This document shows positions 18,089-28,032 of a stretch of 64,000 nt of DNA, one piece after another; positions within the stretch are counted from its first letter, which is position 1, and every line of letters begins with the position of its first letter. The notes under the pieces are model-generated. The model ran no database searches. It worked only from the letters and a program-made list of their open reading frames with translations, and was not told the DNA's origin. The stretch is from an uncultured Pseudomonadales bacterium (GTDB lineage: Bacteria > Patescibacteriota > Microgenomatia > UBA1400 > PJMF01), in contig CAYTIA010000002.1 in NCBI GenBank assembly GCA_964437755.1, positions 34,107 through 98,106 on the forward strand, written 5' to 3'. A program made the position numbers and the translations under genes.

Positions 18089-19390
18089 ATGTTGAAGATT
18101 AAAAAACAAACACTTAAGTCTGGTATGAGGGTGGTTTATGTACCAATGCCGGCGGTTAAATCTATAACAACCCTGTTGTTAGTCAACACTGGTTCAAGGT
18201 ATGAAGAGTCTACTGAACAAGGTTTGGCTCATTTGCTAGAACACCTGGTTTTTAGAGGAACTCAGAAATATCCAGATAGTTTGAGTTTATCAATTGCTCT
18301 AGATGGTATCGGGGCTAGTTCAAATGCATTTACGGCTAAAGAATACACTGGCTTTTATGTAACTGCTGCAAGCCTACATCTGGAGTTTTGTCTAAAAATG
18401 CTCAGAGAGTTGGTGTTTTTCCCTTTGATTAGGTCTGAAGATGTTGAGCAAGAAAGAGCAGTTGTGATTGAGGAAATCAAGATGCATAGAGATTCTCCAG
18501 AGGATTTTATTGCTGATGAATTTGAGCAGATGGTTTATCAGGGTAGTAGTCTTGAGCATCCCATTAGTGGTTCGATTGAGTCGGTAAGTCTTCAAACGGC
18601 AAGTAGTTTACAAAAATTTCTCAATAAATGGTATGGACTGGAGAATCTAACTTTAGTGATCGCTGGAGATAAAAAAGTGCTTGATGAAAACGATCTCTCA
18701 AGCAAAATAGACACTATTTTTAATGATAAAAATCTATTTGGAGAAGACGAAGGTAAAAAAATAGACAAAAGAGCTAATCATCATCATGAAAGAAGACTAG
18801 GGTTTTTTAAAGAAAACTGTTTTTCAACAAAAAAATCTATCAAAAGAAAACGGGATACAGAACAAGCTCATTTAATAATGGGCTGGCCAGCTTTAAAAAG
18901 AGATGATCCACAGCGATATGTATTGACAGTTTTAGCAACAGTTATGGGTGGAAATAGAAGCTCTAGATTGTTTCAAACCATTAGAGAAAAAGCAAATTTA
19001 GCATATTATGTTTTTGCTGATGTTGATCAGTATCAAGATGCGGGATTGTTGGGAGTGAGTGCTGGCTTAAACAGTAAAAAACTAGAGCAGGGAATTGAGT
19101 TAATTAAAAATGAGTTTGATCAGTTGGCAACAAACAAGAAGCCAATTAATCAAGAAGAGCTTGAAAGAGCACAAGCATATTTAACGGGAAGAATCACTCT
19201 GAGTTTAGAAAGTTCTAGGGCGGTGGCACAGCACTATGGGTTGAGTTGGTTGCTTTTAAATAGAATCGATGAGCCCCAAGATGTAATTAAGGGTATAAGA
19301 GGCGTTACTCTTGACCAGCTTCAGAGTCTAGCTCCAAAAATCATCAAACCAGATGAGTTAAGAATTGCTGTAGTAAGCAGAGGTAAGTAG
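18089..19390 (+). CDS. Peptidase M16 (insulinase/pitrilysin family) zinc protease
   Basis: 433 aa. Inverted zinc-binding motif HLLEH with downstream Glu. M16 N- and C-domain pattern. Confidence 0.8.
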   Translation: MLKIKKQTLKSGMRVVYVPMPAVKSITTLLLVNTGSRYEESTEQGLAHLLEHLVFRGTQKYPDSLSLSIALDGIGASSNAFTAKEYTGFYVTAASLHLEFCLKMLRELVFFPLIRSEDVEQERAVVIEEIKMHRDSPEDFIADEFEQMVYQGSSLEHPISGSIESVSLQTASSLQKFLNKWYGLENLTLVIAGDKKVLDENDLSSKIDTIFNDKNLFGEDEGKKIDKRANHHHERRLGFFKENCFSTKKSIKRKRDTEQAHLIMGWPALKRDDPQRYVLTVLATVMGGNRSSRLFQTIREKANLAYYVFADVDQYQDAGLLGVSAGLNSKKLEQGIELIKNEFDQLATNKKPINQEELERAQAYLTGRITLSLESSRAVAQHYGLSWLLLNRIDEPQDVIKGIRGVTLDQLQSLAPKIIKPDELRIAVVSRGK

Positions 19391-19488
19391 AGATATGTAG
19401 GCAATTCGAGCTTTGAGTTTCTTACAACTTGAGTTAGAATCTCCTCATAATTAGAAGAATTATTAATAACTAATTAAGTAAGGAATAT

Positions 19489-19959
19489 ATGAAACCCACT
19501 CGTACCGCAGTCTTAGTTAAACCAGATGGTTTACAAAGAGGATTAATTGGAGAGATTATCACCAGATTTGAAAAAAAAGGTCTAAAGCTAGTTGGCATGA
19601 AGATGACGATCATGAACGACGATATGTTAAATAGATGGTATGCCGAGCATCGAGAAAAAGATTTCTTTTCTGACTTAAAAGAGTTTATGGGTTCTCAACC
19701 AGTAGTAGCCATGGCTTGGGAGGGAATCGATGCTATACCGGTGGTAAGAAAGCTTGTTGGCACAACTTTGGGTAGAGAGGCTGAGGCTGGCTCAATTAGA
19801 GGTGATTTTGGAATGAGCAAGCAGTTTAATTTAATTCATGCTTCTTCTGAAGATGAGGCCGCCGAAAATGAGATAAGTATAGTTTTTGGAGATGATGAGC
19901 TATTTGATTATAGATGGCCAATGGGCGAGCTAGTATATGCAGAACACGAGAGAGATTAA
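19489..19959 (+). CDS. ndk: Nucleoside diphosphate kinase
   Basis: 156 aa. ERTAVLVKPDG-like start (TRTAVLVKPDGLQRGLIGEI). Active-site His region (NLIHASSEDEA). Confidence 0.9.
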   Translation: MKPTRTAVLVKPDGLQRGLIGEIITRFEKKGLKLVGMKMTIMNDDMLNRWYAEHREKDFFSDLKEFMGSQPVVAMAWEGIDAIPVVRKLVGTTLGREAEAGSIRGDFGMSKQFNLIHASSEDEAAENEISIVFGDDELFDYRWPMGELVYAEHERD

Positions 19960-19999
19960 CTGGCTAACTTGTGATAGCTATTGTCATTAAATAATTATG

Positions 20000-20071
20000 T
20001 GCCCCCACCAGGAATCGAACCTGGATCGAAGGTTTAGGAAACCTTTGTTCTATCCGTTGAACTATGGAGGC
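20000..20071 (-). tRNA. tRNA-Arg (anticodon CCT)
   Basis: 72-nt cloverleaf folded by hand. Acceptor GCCTCCA/TGGGGGC, D-stem GTTC/GAAC, anticodon stem AAGGT/ACCTT with loop TTCCTAA, T-stem CCAGG/CCTGG with loop TTCGATT, discriminator A. No encoded CCA. Confidence 0.8.
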
Positions 20072-20123
20072 TATCTTGGTATCTTGATTTTATCATTTTT
20101 ATATTAGACTTGTAGCGAAATAT

Positions 20124-21839
20124 TTATTTAATCGCTGTTTTAATCTCAAGTTCTAACTGTTTGGCTATTTCTTCAGGTAAACCTCTTTCTTTCATCATTT
20201 GAACTTGGCCCAATGCTAATTCAGGTTCTTTAGTTTCTAGAAACACTTTAATTAAACCCAAATGGGATTGAATCAGGCTCGGATCTAACTCTAGAGCTTG
20301 TTTATAAGATGCTTTTGCCTTATCCCATTCTTTTAGATAAGCGTAGGTGTTGGCTAAGTTGTTGTGAATTTCTGGATAACTATTATCAAGTTCAATTGCT
20401 TTTTGATACTCTGCTAAAGCAAGTTGTTCTTGACCTCGATCTGCATAGGTCATGGCTAAGTTGTTATATACTCTTGCGGTTTGATTGAACTGCAAGGTAT
20501 AACGATAAAAGCGAACTGGATCTGCCCAAAGATAATTTTGTCTCCAACTTAAAATAATAAACACGAGCAACACAGCACTTATTGGGTATTTAAAACCGAG
20601 TTGAGATAGTTTAGGAAATGATTTTGTAATTAGCCGAACTAAACCATACACAGTTATCCAGAATCCAACTGAGGGCAAATATAGCCAGTGTTCATAGAGA
20701 ATATCATTAATGGGTATGATTCCAGAGACTGGTATCAGCATTGCTATAAACCAGCCAGAGCCTAACCAAATAAGGGACTGGTGGTATTGCTGGTACTCTT
20801 TCCACCCCAAAAAGATTATGACTATTCCAAGCACAAATATCCCTAAAGTCCAAACAGAAAAAGGAGTAAGAACTAACTGAGTGGTTCTTTCCATATGAAG
20901 TTGAAGGGGAGCAATTAACAGCCTTAGATAAATAAAAATCACTTTAAAAAATGTGGCAAGACGGACTATTAACGAATCTCCATAAGGATGTCCGGGTGGA
21001 TAGGGATTAATTGTTTCCTGGAACTTTAAGGGTCCTGACCTAATCCATAAGTAGCTAATAGCTACAAGAACAGTTAATGCTAGGGTAACAATAGAGCTTG
21101 CATGTTTTCTCACCAATGAAAAGGTATTTATTGTTAGTTGGGGGCGCAAATCCTTATTATTGTGATGTCTCAGCCACCAAAAAATTACTGATATAAAATA
21201 CAGTCCCATTATTGCCAAGCCAATCTCTTTACTTAAGATTGAAAGAAGGTAAAAACCTGTTGCCCCAAAAATCAAGCTATGGGAGCTAAGTTGCATCTTA
21301 AAAGATCCAATTTGAATATCAAGCTCTTTTATTTTTTGTTGCTGAGTCTTAAGTAACTTCAGTAAGCACCACAAGCCCATTAAACCAAATAAAGTAAAAA
21401 GAGAGTCTCCTCTGGAGTTAGCATAGGAAACAGTTTCAGTTTGAATTGGATGAATAACAAACAGCAAAGCGATTAGTAGAGCTGGTTTCTGTTTTATTTT
21501 AAATTGTTTGAGAACCAGAAAAAGAATCATGCCTGCGCCAGCATGAAGTAATAGATTGGTGAGGTGATAGCCAATGGGATTTAAATCCCAAACCTGATAA
21601 TCAATGGCAAACGACAAAGAGGTGAGGGGTCGATAGTAGCTTGATGAGTCACCTGCACCTGACGTTGTGCTTTGGCTAAAGATCTCTTTTAGAGCAAACT
21701 GGCGCACATATTGGTTGCTGTAAATAAATTGTTCATCATCCCAGAAGAGAGGGCTGTTAACAAAAGGAAGGTAAATAAGAATCGCGGCAAAAAAAATGAG
21801 TAGTAAGGCTTTTTTATTTGAGAAGGGGTGGCTTTGCAT
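20124..21839 (-). CDS. Polytopic GT-C-like membrane protein with C-terminal TPR repeats (PMT/TMTC-like; putative glycosyltransferase)
   Basis: 571 aa. More than 10 TM helices in the N-terminal 430 aa. C-terminal TPR repeats (AMTYADRGQEQLALAEYQKAIELDNSYPEIHNNLANTYAYLKEWDKAKASYKQALELDP). Confidence 0.5.
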   Translation of the reverse strand: MQSHPFSNKKALLLIFFAAILIYLPFVNSPLFWDDEQFIYSNQYVRQFALKEIFSQSTTSGAGDSSSYYRPLTSLSFAIDYQVWDLNPIGYHLTNLLLHAGAGMILFLVLKQFKIKQKPALLIALLFVIHPIQTETVSYANSRGDSLFTLFGLMGLWCLLKLLKTQQQKIKELDIQIGSFKMQLSSHSLIFGATGFYLLSILSKEIGLAIMGLYFISVIFWWLRHHNNKDLRPQLTINTFSLVRKHASSIVTLALTVLVAISYLWIRSGPLKFQETINPYPPGHPYGDSLIVRLATFFKVIFIYLRLLIAPLQLHMERTTQLVLTPFSVWTLGIFVLGIVIIFLGWKEYQQYHQSLIWLGSGWFIAMLIPVSGIIPINDILYEHWLYLPSVGFWITVYGLVRLITKSFPKLSQLGFKYPISAVLLVFIILSWRQNYLWADPVRFYRYTLQFNQTARVYNNLAMTYADRGQEQLALAEYQKAIELDNSYPEIHNNLANTYAYLKEWDKAKASYKQALELDPSLIQSHLGLIKVFLETKEPELALGQVQMMKERGLPEEIAKQLELEIKTAIK

Positions 21840-22011
21840 TTGATTCTAATTATAATTATACCCCGCTAGCTTGTTGGGGGGAACTAATCAGAACTGGAGA
21901 GTTATTGCTTGTTATTGAGAAATATTTTATGATTAAAAATACTACAACAATTAGTTCTTTTGACTTTGCCAAATATGGCAAAATTTAAGAGAGTAAGAGG
22001 AATCCATTATT

Positions 22012-22782
22012 ATGAGTCAATCTGAACATCTTTCACAAGAACTTGAAAAAACTTTGGCTAGGGAAAATCTAAAAAAAGCTTTAGAAACACTGTCCCCAGA
22101 GTTAGTAAGCATGGGAGTGTATAGGGTAACTGGTGAGGCCGCTGCTTTTGCAAAAGATCTTGTAAAAGAAGGATTTTTAGAAATTAATCTTGACCCCGAA
22201 ATCAATGACATAGCCTTGATTAAATTGATTTTCTCATATCAAGGCAAAGCGGATAGAGAAATATTTATTAATGGTTGGAAGGACGACAATGGAAGTCATC
22301 TTTCTGGGCCAGCAACAATAGAAATCTTTGTTAGCAGAATAAGGAGGGAGTTAGGAATGGATGCTTCTGAAGACGAAGGTGGTGACGATACTGCAATGGA
22401 TGAACTTCAGGCCTTGGCCGATTCTTTTCGAGAAGAGGATGACGTTCTTCCTCCAGAGTACATCGAAGAAGTAAAAGTTTTTTTAAGAGATGCTGCAGAG
22501 AAATTTAGAGGAACTAGAATGGATGATCAAAGAATCAGTAGGGTGTTAGAAATGATGTCGCAAAAATACCCACTTAAGGGAGCAAAAATTGTACGTCACG
22601 AGGTTAAGATTGCTTATTCTCATCCTGAAAAGATGGTGACGGGGACGTATGAATTTGGAGATCACAAGAATGGAGATAGTTATCAAGTTTGGCTTGAGCG
22701 AGAAGATTACAGTTGGGTTATAGCTTATGCAAAAACCACTCCTCCCTCGGATCATTACGTGGAGGGTACTCAAAGGTCTTAA
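22012..22782 (+). CDS. Hypothetical acidic cytoplasmic protein
   Basis: 256-aa ORF. No recognisable motif. Confidence 0.4.
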   Translation: MSQSEHLSQELEKTLARENLKKALETLSPELVSMGVYRVTGEAAAFAKDLVKEGFLEINLDPEINDIALIKLIFSYQGKADREIFINGWKDDNGSHLSGPATIEIFVSRIRRELGMDASEDEGGDDTAMDELQALADSFREEDDVLPPEYIEEVKVFLRDAAEKFRGTRMDDQRISRVLEMMSQKYPLKGAKIVRHEVKIAYSHPEKMVTGTYEFGDHKNGDSYQVWLEREDYSWVIAYAKTTPPSDHYVEGTQRS

Positions 22783-22795
22783 TAAAACCCACTTG

Positions 22796-22869
22796 TCGGA
22801 GTGACTGGACTCGAACCAGCGACCTCGCGCACCCGAAGCGCGCGCTCTAGCCATCTGAGCTACACTCCG
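22796..22869 (-). tRNA. tRNA-Pro (anticodon CGG)
   Basis: 74 nt. Acceptor CGGAGTG/CACTCCG, D-arm GCTC..GAGC, anticodon stem CGCGC/GCGCG with loop TTCGGGT (G37 typical of Pro), T-loop TTCGAGT, discriminator A. Confidence 0.8.
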
Positions 22870-22908
22870 AAATCTGTGATAATCTTCAAATACAAACTCT
22901 TTACAATC

Positions 22909-24252
22909 TTACTTTAACTCAATTGAGTAAAGATTTTTTGGTGTGTCCGGACTAAAAGAAGTCAAAATAACTAACCTAGTACCATCAGACCAAGGATAAA
23001 CAAAACTTCTATCAAAAGGTCCTGAGTATAGGGTAGTGTTGTTGGTTCCATCATAAGAGATAATTTGAACTTGATCATCTTTAACATATAGTAAATAGTT
23101 TGAGTCTGAGAACCACTGCAAGGTGTTGATGGCAAGCGAGGTGTGATAGGTATTAAAAAGCAAGGCAGTTAAAGCCGAATTTTCTGCTTGCAATCTTGAA
23201 AATGAATCAGGCGATGTAAGCAGTGTTTGAGGGCTCTTTTGATCTAGGTCATTGGCAAGCAGAGCCTTTTTTATAGTTTGCGAATCATTAATTTCTTGTG
23301 CTATTTTAAAGTTTTTGTCTTCCTCTCTGTCGTATACATAAATATTACCTGGCTTTATGGATCTTTCCTCAGGCTGAGTGTTAGTTGATGGAAGAGGAGG
23401 CACAAGTTCGGTTTTTAGAATTGCACTTGCGGTGGCTGTATAAAGTAACTTTTTTTTATCAGGTGAGATATAGGCATTTTTTGCTGATTGACTGACTATC
23501 TCAATTACTTCAATTGGGAACTCGGCCAAATATTGTCTTTCTCTAAGATATATTTCCTCCTCCCACTCAGACAAAATTTGTGATCGGCGGAAGCTAATGT
23601 CTGGCAAACTCTGTAAGTTATTATTTTGGTTAGTGTCGACAATAACCTGTTTCAGTTTTGAGAGAATCATTAGTTGAGAACTATCTGGAGACCAAATAAA
23701 ACTTGCGTTTCCCAGTTCATAAATTGGTACATCAGCTGCTATTTGGCGCGATGTCTTTTGGAAAGGATTAATGTTGTCATTTAAATCAAGAATATAAAGA
23801 CCATTTCTTGTTTCGGCACTGGCGCTGGCTGTGTAATAAACAATTTTACGACCATCAGGTGAAGGCAATAAATTTTCAACTCCTGTAAAAGTTAGGGGAG
23901 TAAGCGAGGGAGCGATTGGAAACAATCGCGCATCTGTCTGGGTTACCAGTCCTTTTTCAAGAATAATAGTTTTTTCCCATGGGGAATAACCATCTTTTCT
24001 TAATAGTACTTGATATTCTCCCGGCTCTAGATAGACTGTGTCGTTGGTGGCTGTTATCAACTCGTCATCAATATAAACTTGAGCCCCTGTTGGAAATGAG
24101 TTGGCGCTCAACAAACCTGATTCAGGTAAAATCTTTTCTCCAGAAAAACGGTAACTTCCTCTGGCATACATGATAGCTAAATACGATCCGCCCAAAATAA
24201 TAAGAGCCGAAAGAAAAGTATAAAGAACTCTAAAAAATGACATTTTATTCAT
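22909..24252 (-). CDS. Membrane-anchored PEGA-domain protein with TolB-like beta-propeller
   Basis: N-terminal TM. PEGA-like segment (PTGAQVYIDDELITATNDTVYLEPGEYQVLLRKDGYSPWEKTIILEKG). Repeated propeller blades (WSPDSSQLMI, YISPDKKKLLY, YSPDGRKIVYY). Confidence 0.5.
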   Translation of the reverse strand: MNKMSFFRVLYTFLSALIILGGSYLAIMYARGSYRFSGEKILPESGLLSANSFPTGAQVYIDDELITATNDTVYLEPGEYQVLLRKDGYSPWEKTIILEKGLVTQTDARLFPIAPSLTPLTFTGVENLLPSPDGRKIVYYTASASAETRNGLYILDLNDNINPFQKTSRQIAADVPIYELGNASFIWSPDSSQLMILSKLKQVIVDTNQNNNLQSLPDISFRRSQILSEWEEEIYLRERQYLAEFPIEVIEIVSQSAKNAYISPDKKKLLYTATASAILKTELVPPLPSTNTQPEERSIKPGNIYVYDREEDKNFKIAQEINDSQTIKKALLANDLDQKSPQTLLTSPDSFSRLQAENSALTALLFNTYHTSLAINTLQWFSDSNYLLYVKDDQVQIISYDGTNNTTLYSGPFDRSFVYPWSDGTRLVILTSFSPDTPKNLYSIELK

Positions 24253-24349
24253 AATGAATCAAATCGGTATATGTGTTTACTGAGCTATTATATACTAGCG
24301 ATTTCATCGGCGGGCTGGAAAAATGAACCTGTTATAGACAGGAAGAGAT

Positions 24350-25525
24350 CTACTGAGTGTCAAAGGTTTGCACATCTACCATTTTATATACTGATGTTGA
24401 TACCTCTTTTATTAAGGAAGCTTGTTTAAGTAAATCTTCTCCAGAAGTCATTACACATAAAATATATGGATTTTTTTGATGATAAATGATTCCACAGTCA
24501 TGTAATTCTTTAAAGAGTGGTTGATTAGATCTATCCACGAATGTCCTCTCACCAAATTTATGAGCTACTTCAACATTTTCAGGGATGCCAGCCTTGAGTC
24601 CCTGATCAAATTTTGTTTTACTCAATAGCTTGAGAGCTTTTTCTGACATTTCATTATTTAGATACGAAGCGTTATAAAGTCTGCGAAAAACACTTGAGTA
24701 ATCTTTTACTTTAATAGTAAAATCAATGTCAGCCTGCTCATCATCTATTAAGCCCATTTTTATTTCGGTTGATTTGATTGCATCCTCACCAATGAATTCT
24801 GCCAATGTTTCTAAGACGGTGTTGTCAGAGTCAACGATAAGTTGTTCAAGCATCTTTTCTACTTCATATTCTTGTCCCTCTATTATTTTTTCAGCAGAAT
24901 TAAACTTTTGGGAGATTACACCTTCATCAAGATTAAGAGATATTTTTTTTGAAAGAATGTTGGGTTCCGCTTCAGCTTTTTTTAAGTACGCAATTAAAAT
25001 TGGAACTTTAAGCAAACTTGCGGGATCATAATTAACATCATCATTTATTGAGAACCACGGCCCGTTGTTTAAATCTCTGTAGTAGATTGAGACATCTTTT
25101 ACATAACCTTGTTGCTGATAATTTTCTATTAGGGTGTTTAGAGTCTTAATAGAGGTTTTTGTTTGGATTGAGCCTGACTGAGAAAATGACTCACACTCTA
25201 GCAAAGGACTTATATATTGGTATCCTTGCTCTCTTAACTCTTTGTGATCTGGAGAACCACTTCTTCTGTCATAAGTAATCCAAAAAATTGAAGAAATTAT
25301 TATTCCAATAATGACTCCAGTGGTTAAAAATAATAATGTTTTAGGAATAGTATTAACAGGTAGTTGATTTATTAGAATGCGATTACGGTCTATCAGTTTA
25401 ATTTGATTGAAGTTAATAAGTGACTGCCATTGACTTATCGAGTTGTTATAATAAAGTATTGTGGCATGTATTAAATGATTGTCAATCAGTCTTGGAGTTT
25501 GTATGAACTTTTTTTCAAAAATCAC
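24350..25525 (-). CDS. Membrane-anchored class-A beta-lactamase-fold serine hydrolase (PBP/beta-lactamase-like)
   Basis: SxxK (ASLLKV), SDN (VDSDNTV) and a KTG-like site (HKFGE) in the right order. N-terminal TM. The annotated start overlaps divergent mreB by about 23 nt, so the true start may use a non-ATG codon downstream. Confidence 0.55.
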   Translation of the reverse strand: MIFEKKFIQTPRLIDNHLIHATILYYNNSISQWQSLINFNQIKLIDRNRILINQLPVNTIPKTLLFLTTGVIIGIIISSIFWITYDRRSGSPDHKELREQGYQYISPLLECESFSQSGSIQTKTSIKTLNTLIENYQQQGYVKDVSIYYRDLNNGPWFSINDDVNYDPASLLKVPILIAYLKKAEAEPNILSKKISLNLDEGVISQKFNSAEKIIEGQEYEVEKMLEQLIVDSDNTVLETLAEFIGEDAIKSTEIKMGLIDDEQADIDFTIKVKDYSSVFRRLYNASYLNNEMSEKALKLLSKTKFDQGLKAGIPENVEVAHKFGERTFVDRSNQPLFKELHDCGIIYHQKNPYILCVMTSGEDLLKQASLIKEVSTSVYKMVDVQTFDTQ

Positions 25526-26546
25526 TCAATCTCTTAATCGTTCAGTTGGAATAGATCTTGGTTCAGGAAACTTACGAATTTGGGCTGAAGGTAGGGGCTT
25601 ATTACTTGATGAACCAAGCTTGGTCGCGGTTGATCAAGCAAACAATAAGGTAGTGGCTGTTGGCAAACGGGCTGACAACATGTTGGGTAGGGTTGATAAA
25701 TCAATCAAGATCTATTCTCCAGCGCTAACTCCCAAGTTTTCCGATGAAAAATTATTAAGAGCAATGTTAAAAATGTTTTTGGCCAAGGTTAGTGACCAAG
25801 TATATTTTTTCAGTCCAACGGTTGTTGTTGCTCTCTCTGACAGTTTTTATCCTTCGATGAAAGAAGTATTATTAAGAGTACTAACTGAGATTGGGGCTGG
25901 AGAAGTGATAATGATTGATCAATCTTTGGCTGCCGTACTCGGTTCAGGAGCACCTCTGTCGGATGCTTTAGGGATATTTGTTTTACAAATGGGGGAGGGT
26001 GTGGTTGAGGCCTCGGCTTTATCACTGGGTAAAGTGGTTGCAACTCAGCAGAGTTATAAAGCCGGAAATAGGTTGATTGATGAACTTATTTATTGGTTTG
26101 CAACTAATCAAAAATTAACAATTAGTCAAACAATAGCAAGGCAGTTTTTAATGACTGTTGGTTCTTTTGCCCCAGACACTAAGCGTTCAATGAATGTGAC
26201 AGGATTGGATGTTAAAACTGGAGAACCATTAGAAAAAATTGTTTTTTCTCATGAATTAGTAGATTTTTTTAATGAATATGGTTTGGAGTATGTAAACTTG
26301 GTAAAAAAGTTATTATCAAATATTTCTCCAGACTTGACAATTGATATTCTTGATAAGGGATTATTATTATCTGGCGGATTGGCCAACATTCACGGTATAG
26401 AAGAATATTTAACAAAAGAGTTGAGAGTGCCAACTTTTGTAGTTGATGATCCCAACTTAGCTGTGATTAAGGGTGTTGGAGAGATCATTGACCATCTTGA
26501 TGAGTTCAAACAGGGCTATGGATATCGGCCAATTGACAGTGATTAA
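25503..26546 (+). CDS. mreB: Rod shape-determining actin homolog MreB
   Basis: Likely start MNFFSKI at 25503. Phosphate-1 motif VGIDLGSGNLRI and C-terminal LLLSGGLANIHGIEEYLTKELRVPTFVVDDPNLAVIKG, typical of MreB. Confidence 0.8.
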   Translation: MNFFSKITQSLNRSVGIDLGSGNLRIWAEGRGLLLDEPSLVAVDQANNKVVAVGKRADNMLGRVDKSIKIYSPALTPKFSDEKLLRAMLKMFLAKVSDQVYFFSPTVVVALSDSFYPSMKEVLLRVLTEIGAGEVIMIDQSLAAVLGSGAPLSDALGIFVLQMGEGVVEASALSLGKVVATQQSYKAGNRLIDELIYWFATNQKLTISQTIARQFLMTVGSFAPDTKRSMNVTGLDVKTGEPLEKIVFSHELVDFFNEYGLEYVNLVKKLLSNISPDLTIDILDKGLLLSGGLANIHGIEEYLTKELRVPTFVVDDPNLAVIKGVGEIIDHLDEFKQGYGYRPIDSD

Positions 26547-28018
26547 GATGATTGGCCCTCTGTTTTGTTTTTTTCAACCCATTTCTTAAACTGATTTCCT
26601 CTATCAGCATAGTCCTTGAAAACTCCGAAGCTAGCAGCCCCCGGAGAGAGTAAGACAACCGAGTTTTTTTTGATATATTTTTTGGAAAAATTCATGGCTT
26701 CTTCCATTGAGTTGACAACTTTTGTTTCAATCTTTTTATTAAGGTGTTGGTTGAGGAGTTCATTTTGAATCTTCTCCTCCAGTCTTTTTCCGTTTTCTGG
26801 GAATAGGCCAACAGCAACAACATTGCAATGAATGATTTTTTCAGCAAGTGCTTGAAAATTTTGGTTACGTTCATGTCCTCCAGCTAAAAGAATGATCTCT
26901 TTCTTATCGAAGCAGGAAAGTGCCGAGATTGTGGCATCTGGCATGGTTGCCATCGAGTCATTTACATACACAACATCATTTATTATCCCAACCCTCTCCA
27001 ATCTGTGAGGCAGGGGAGTAAAGGAACCGATTGCATCTGAAATTTGTGAGATCGAAAGTCCAAATAATCTGCCAATAATAATGGTTGGAGCAATGTTTTG
27101 AAGATTGTGGGTACCTAGGAGTGGAATACTATCTTGATGAATAACTTGTTTTTCAAGCTCATTATGCTTAAAGGTTAAGTAATATGATTTAAGATAAACT
27201 TCTATATCAATATTGTTATTATTTTGTGTTTCTCCAACAATAAATTTTTGCTTAATACCTGGCGAAAGATTGGCAATTTTTGTTGTATTTCTTTTATTTG
27301 GATTAAATAATACATACTGATTAACCTTTTGATACTTTGTGATAGCTTCTTTTGCGTGAACATACTCATCAGTATTTTTGTAGTAATCAAGGTGTTCCGA
27401 AGTTATTTCTTGAACAACCGCTATATCGGGACTAATAGTTAAATGTGAAAGTTGATGAGATGACATCTCAATTACAAATACACCATTGTTTTTAATGTGA
27501 TTTATCTCTTCCAAAGCTGGTTTGCCAATATTCCCCACCAAAACAGACTTGATTTTGTTTGAGCTTAGAGTGTGATTGATGAGACTGGCAGTGGTGCTTT
27601 TCCCTTTGGTGCCTGTTACTCCTATGGTTAAAGGAGTGGGTAAATTTAGCATCTTTGTTTTTGATTTTTGCTTTTCTGTTTCAATAATTTCAAGCAGAAG
27701 CTGTAGATTTGAACTTATCTTGACACCAGCATCAATAGCATTTTTTATTTGGGGAGTGGATAAAGGTATCCCAGGTGTTTTGAAGATAAGTGTGTAAGAA
27801 TTAAGATTTTCAAGGTAGTTTAATCCAAGGTGAGTTATGAGATTGTTATCTGATGAAAATAAATCTGGTAATTCAGGATTTTCGTCAGCAACAGCAATAG
27901 TATTTGAGGGTAGAACTTGACGCAAAAATTTATAGGTTGATTGACCCTCTCTTCCTAAGCCTAAGATAAGTATTTTTTCTTTAACAAGTGAGTTAATTAT
28001 TTCTTGGTTTATCTTCAT
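26543..28018 (-). CDS. murD: UDP-N-acetylmuramoyl-L-alanine--D-glutamate ligase (MurD)
   Basis: N-terminal Rossmann-like ILILGLGREGQS. Mur ligase P-loop GVTGTKGKSTT. Mur ligase middle and C-terminal domains. Confidence 0.75.
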   Translation of the reverse strand: MKINQEIINSLVKEKILILGLGREGQSTYKFLRQVLPSNTIAVADENPELPDLFSSDNNLITHLGLNYLENLNSYTLIFKTPGIPLSTPQIKNAIDAGVKISSNLQLLLEIIETEKQKSKTKMLNLPTPLTIGVTGTKGKSTTASLINHTLSSNKIKSVLVGNIGKPALEEINHIKNNGVFVIEMSSHQLSHLTISPDIAVVQEITSEHLDYYKNTDEYVHAKEAITKYQKVNQYVLFNPNKRNTTKIANLSPGIKQKFIVGETQNNNNIDIEVYLKSYYLTFKHNELEKQVIHQDSIPLLGTHNLQNIAPTIIIGRLFGLSISQISDAIGSFTPLPHRLERVGIINDVVYVNDSMATMPDATISALSCFDKKEIILLAGGHERNQNFQALAEKIIHCNVVAVGLFPENGKRLEEKIQNELLNQHLNKKIETKVVNSMEEAMNFSKKYIKKNSVVLLSPGAASFGVFKDYADRGNQFKKWVEKNKTEGQSS

Positions 28019-28032
28019 ATTTTTTTAATGCT

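Noticed and set aside
22782-22909. Integrated mobile element using tRNA-Pro or tRNA-Arg as an attachment site
   Set aside because: No integrase, no recombinase and no flanking direct repeat of the tRNA 3' end were found. The lone excisionase-like HTH at 30586 is 8 kb away.
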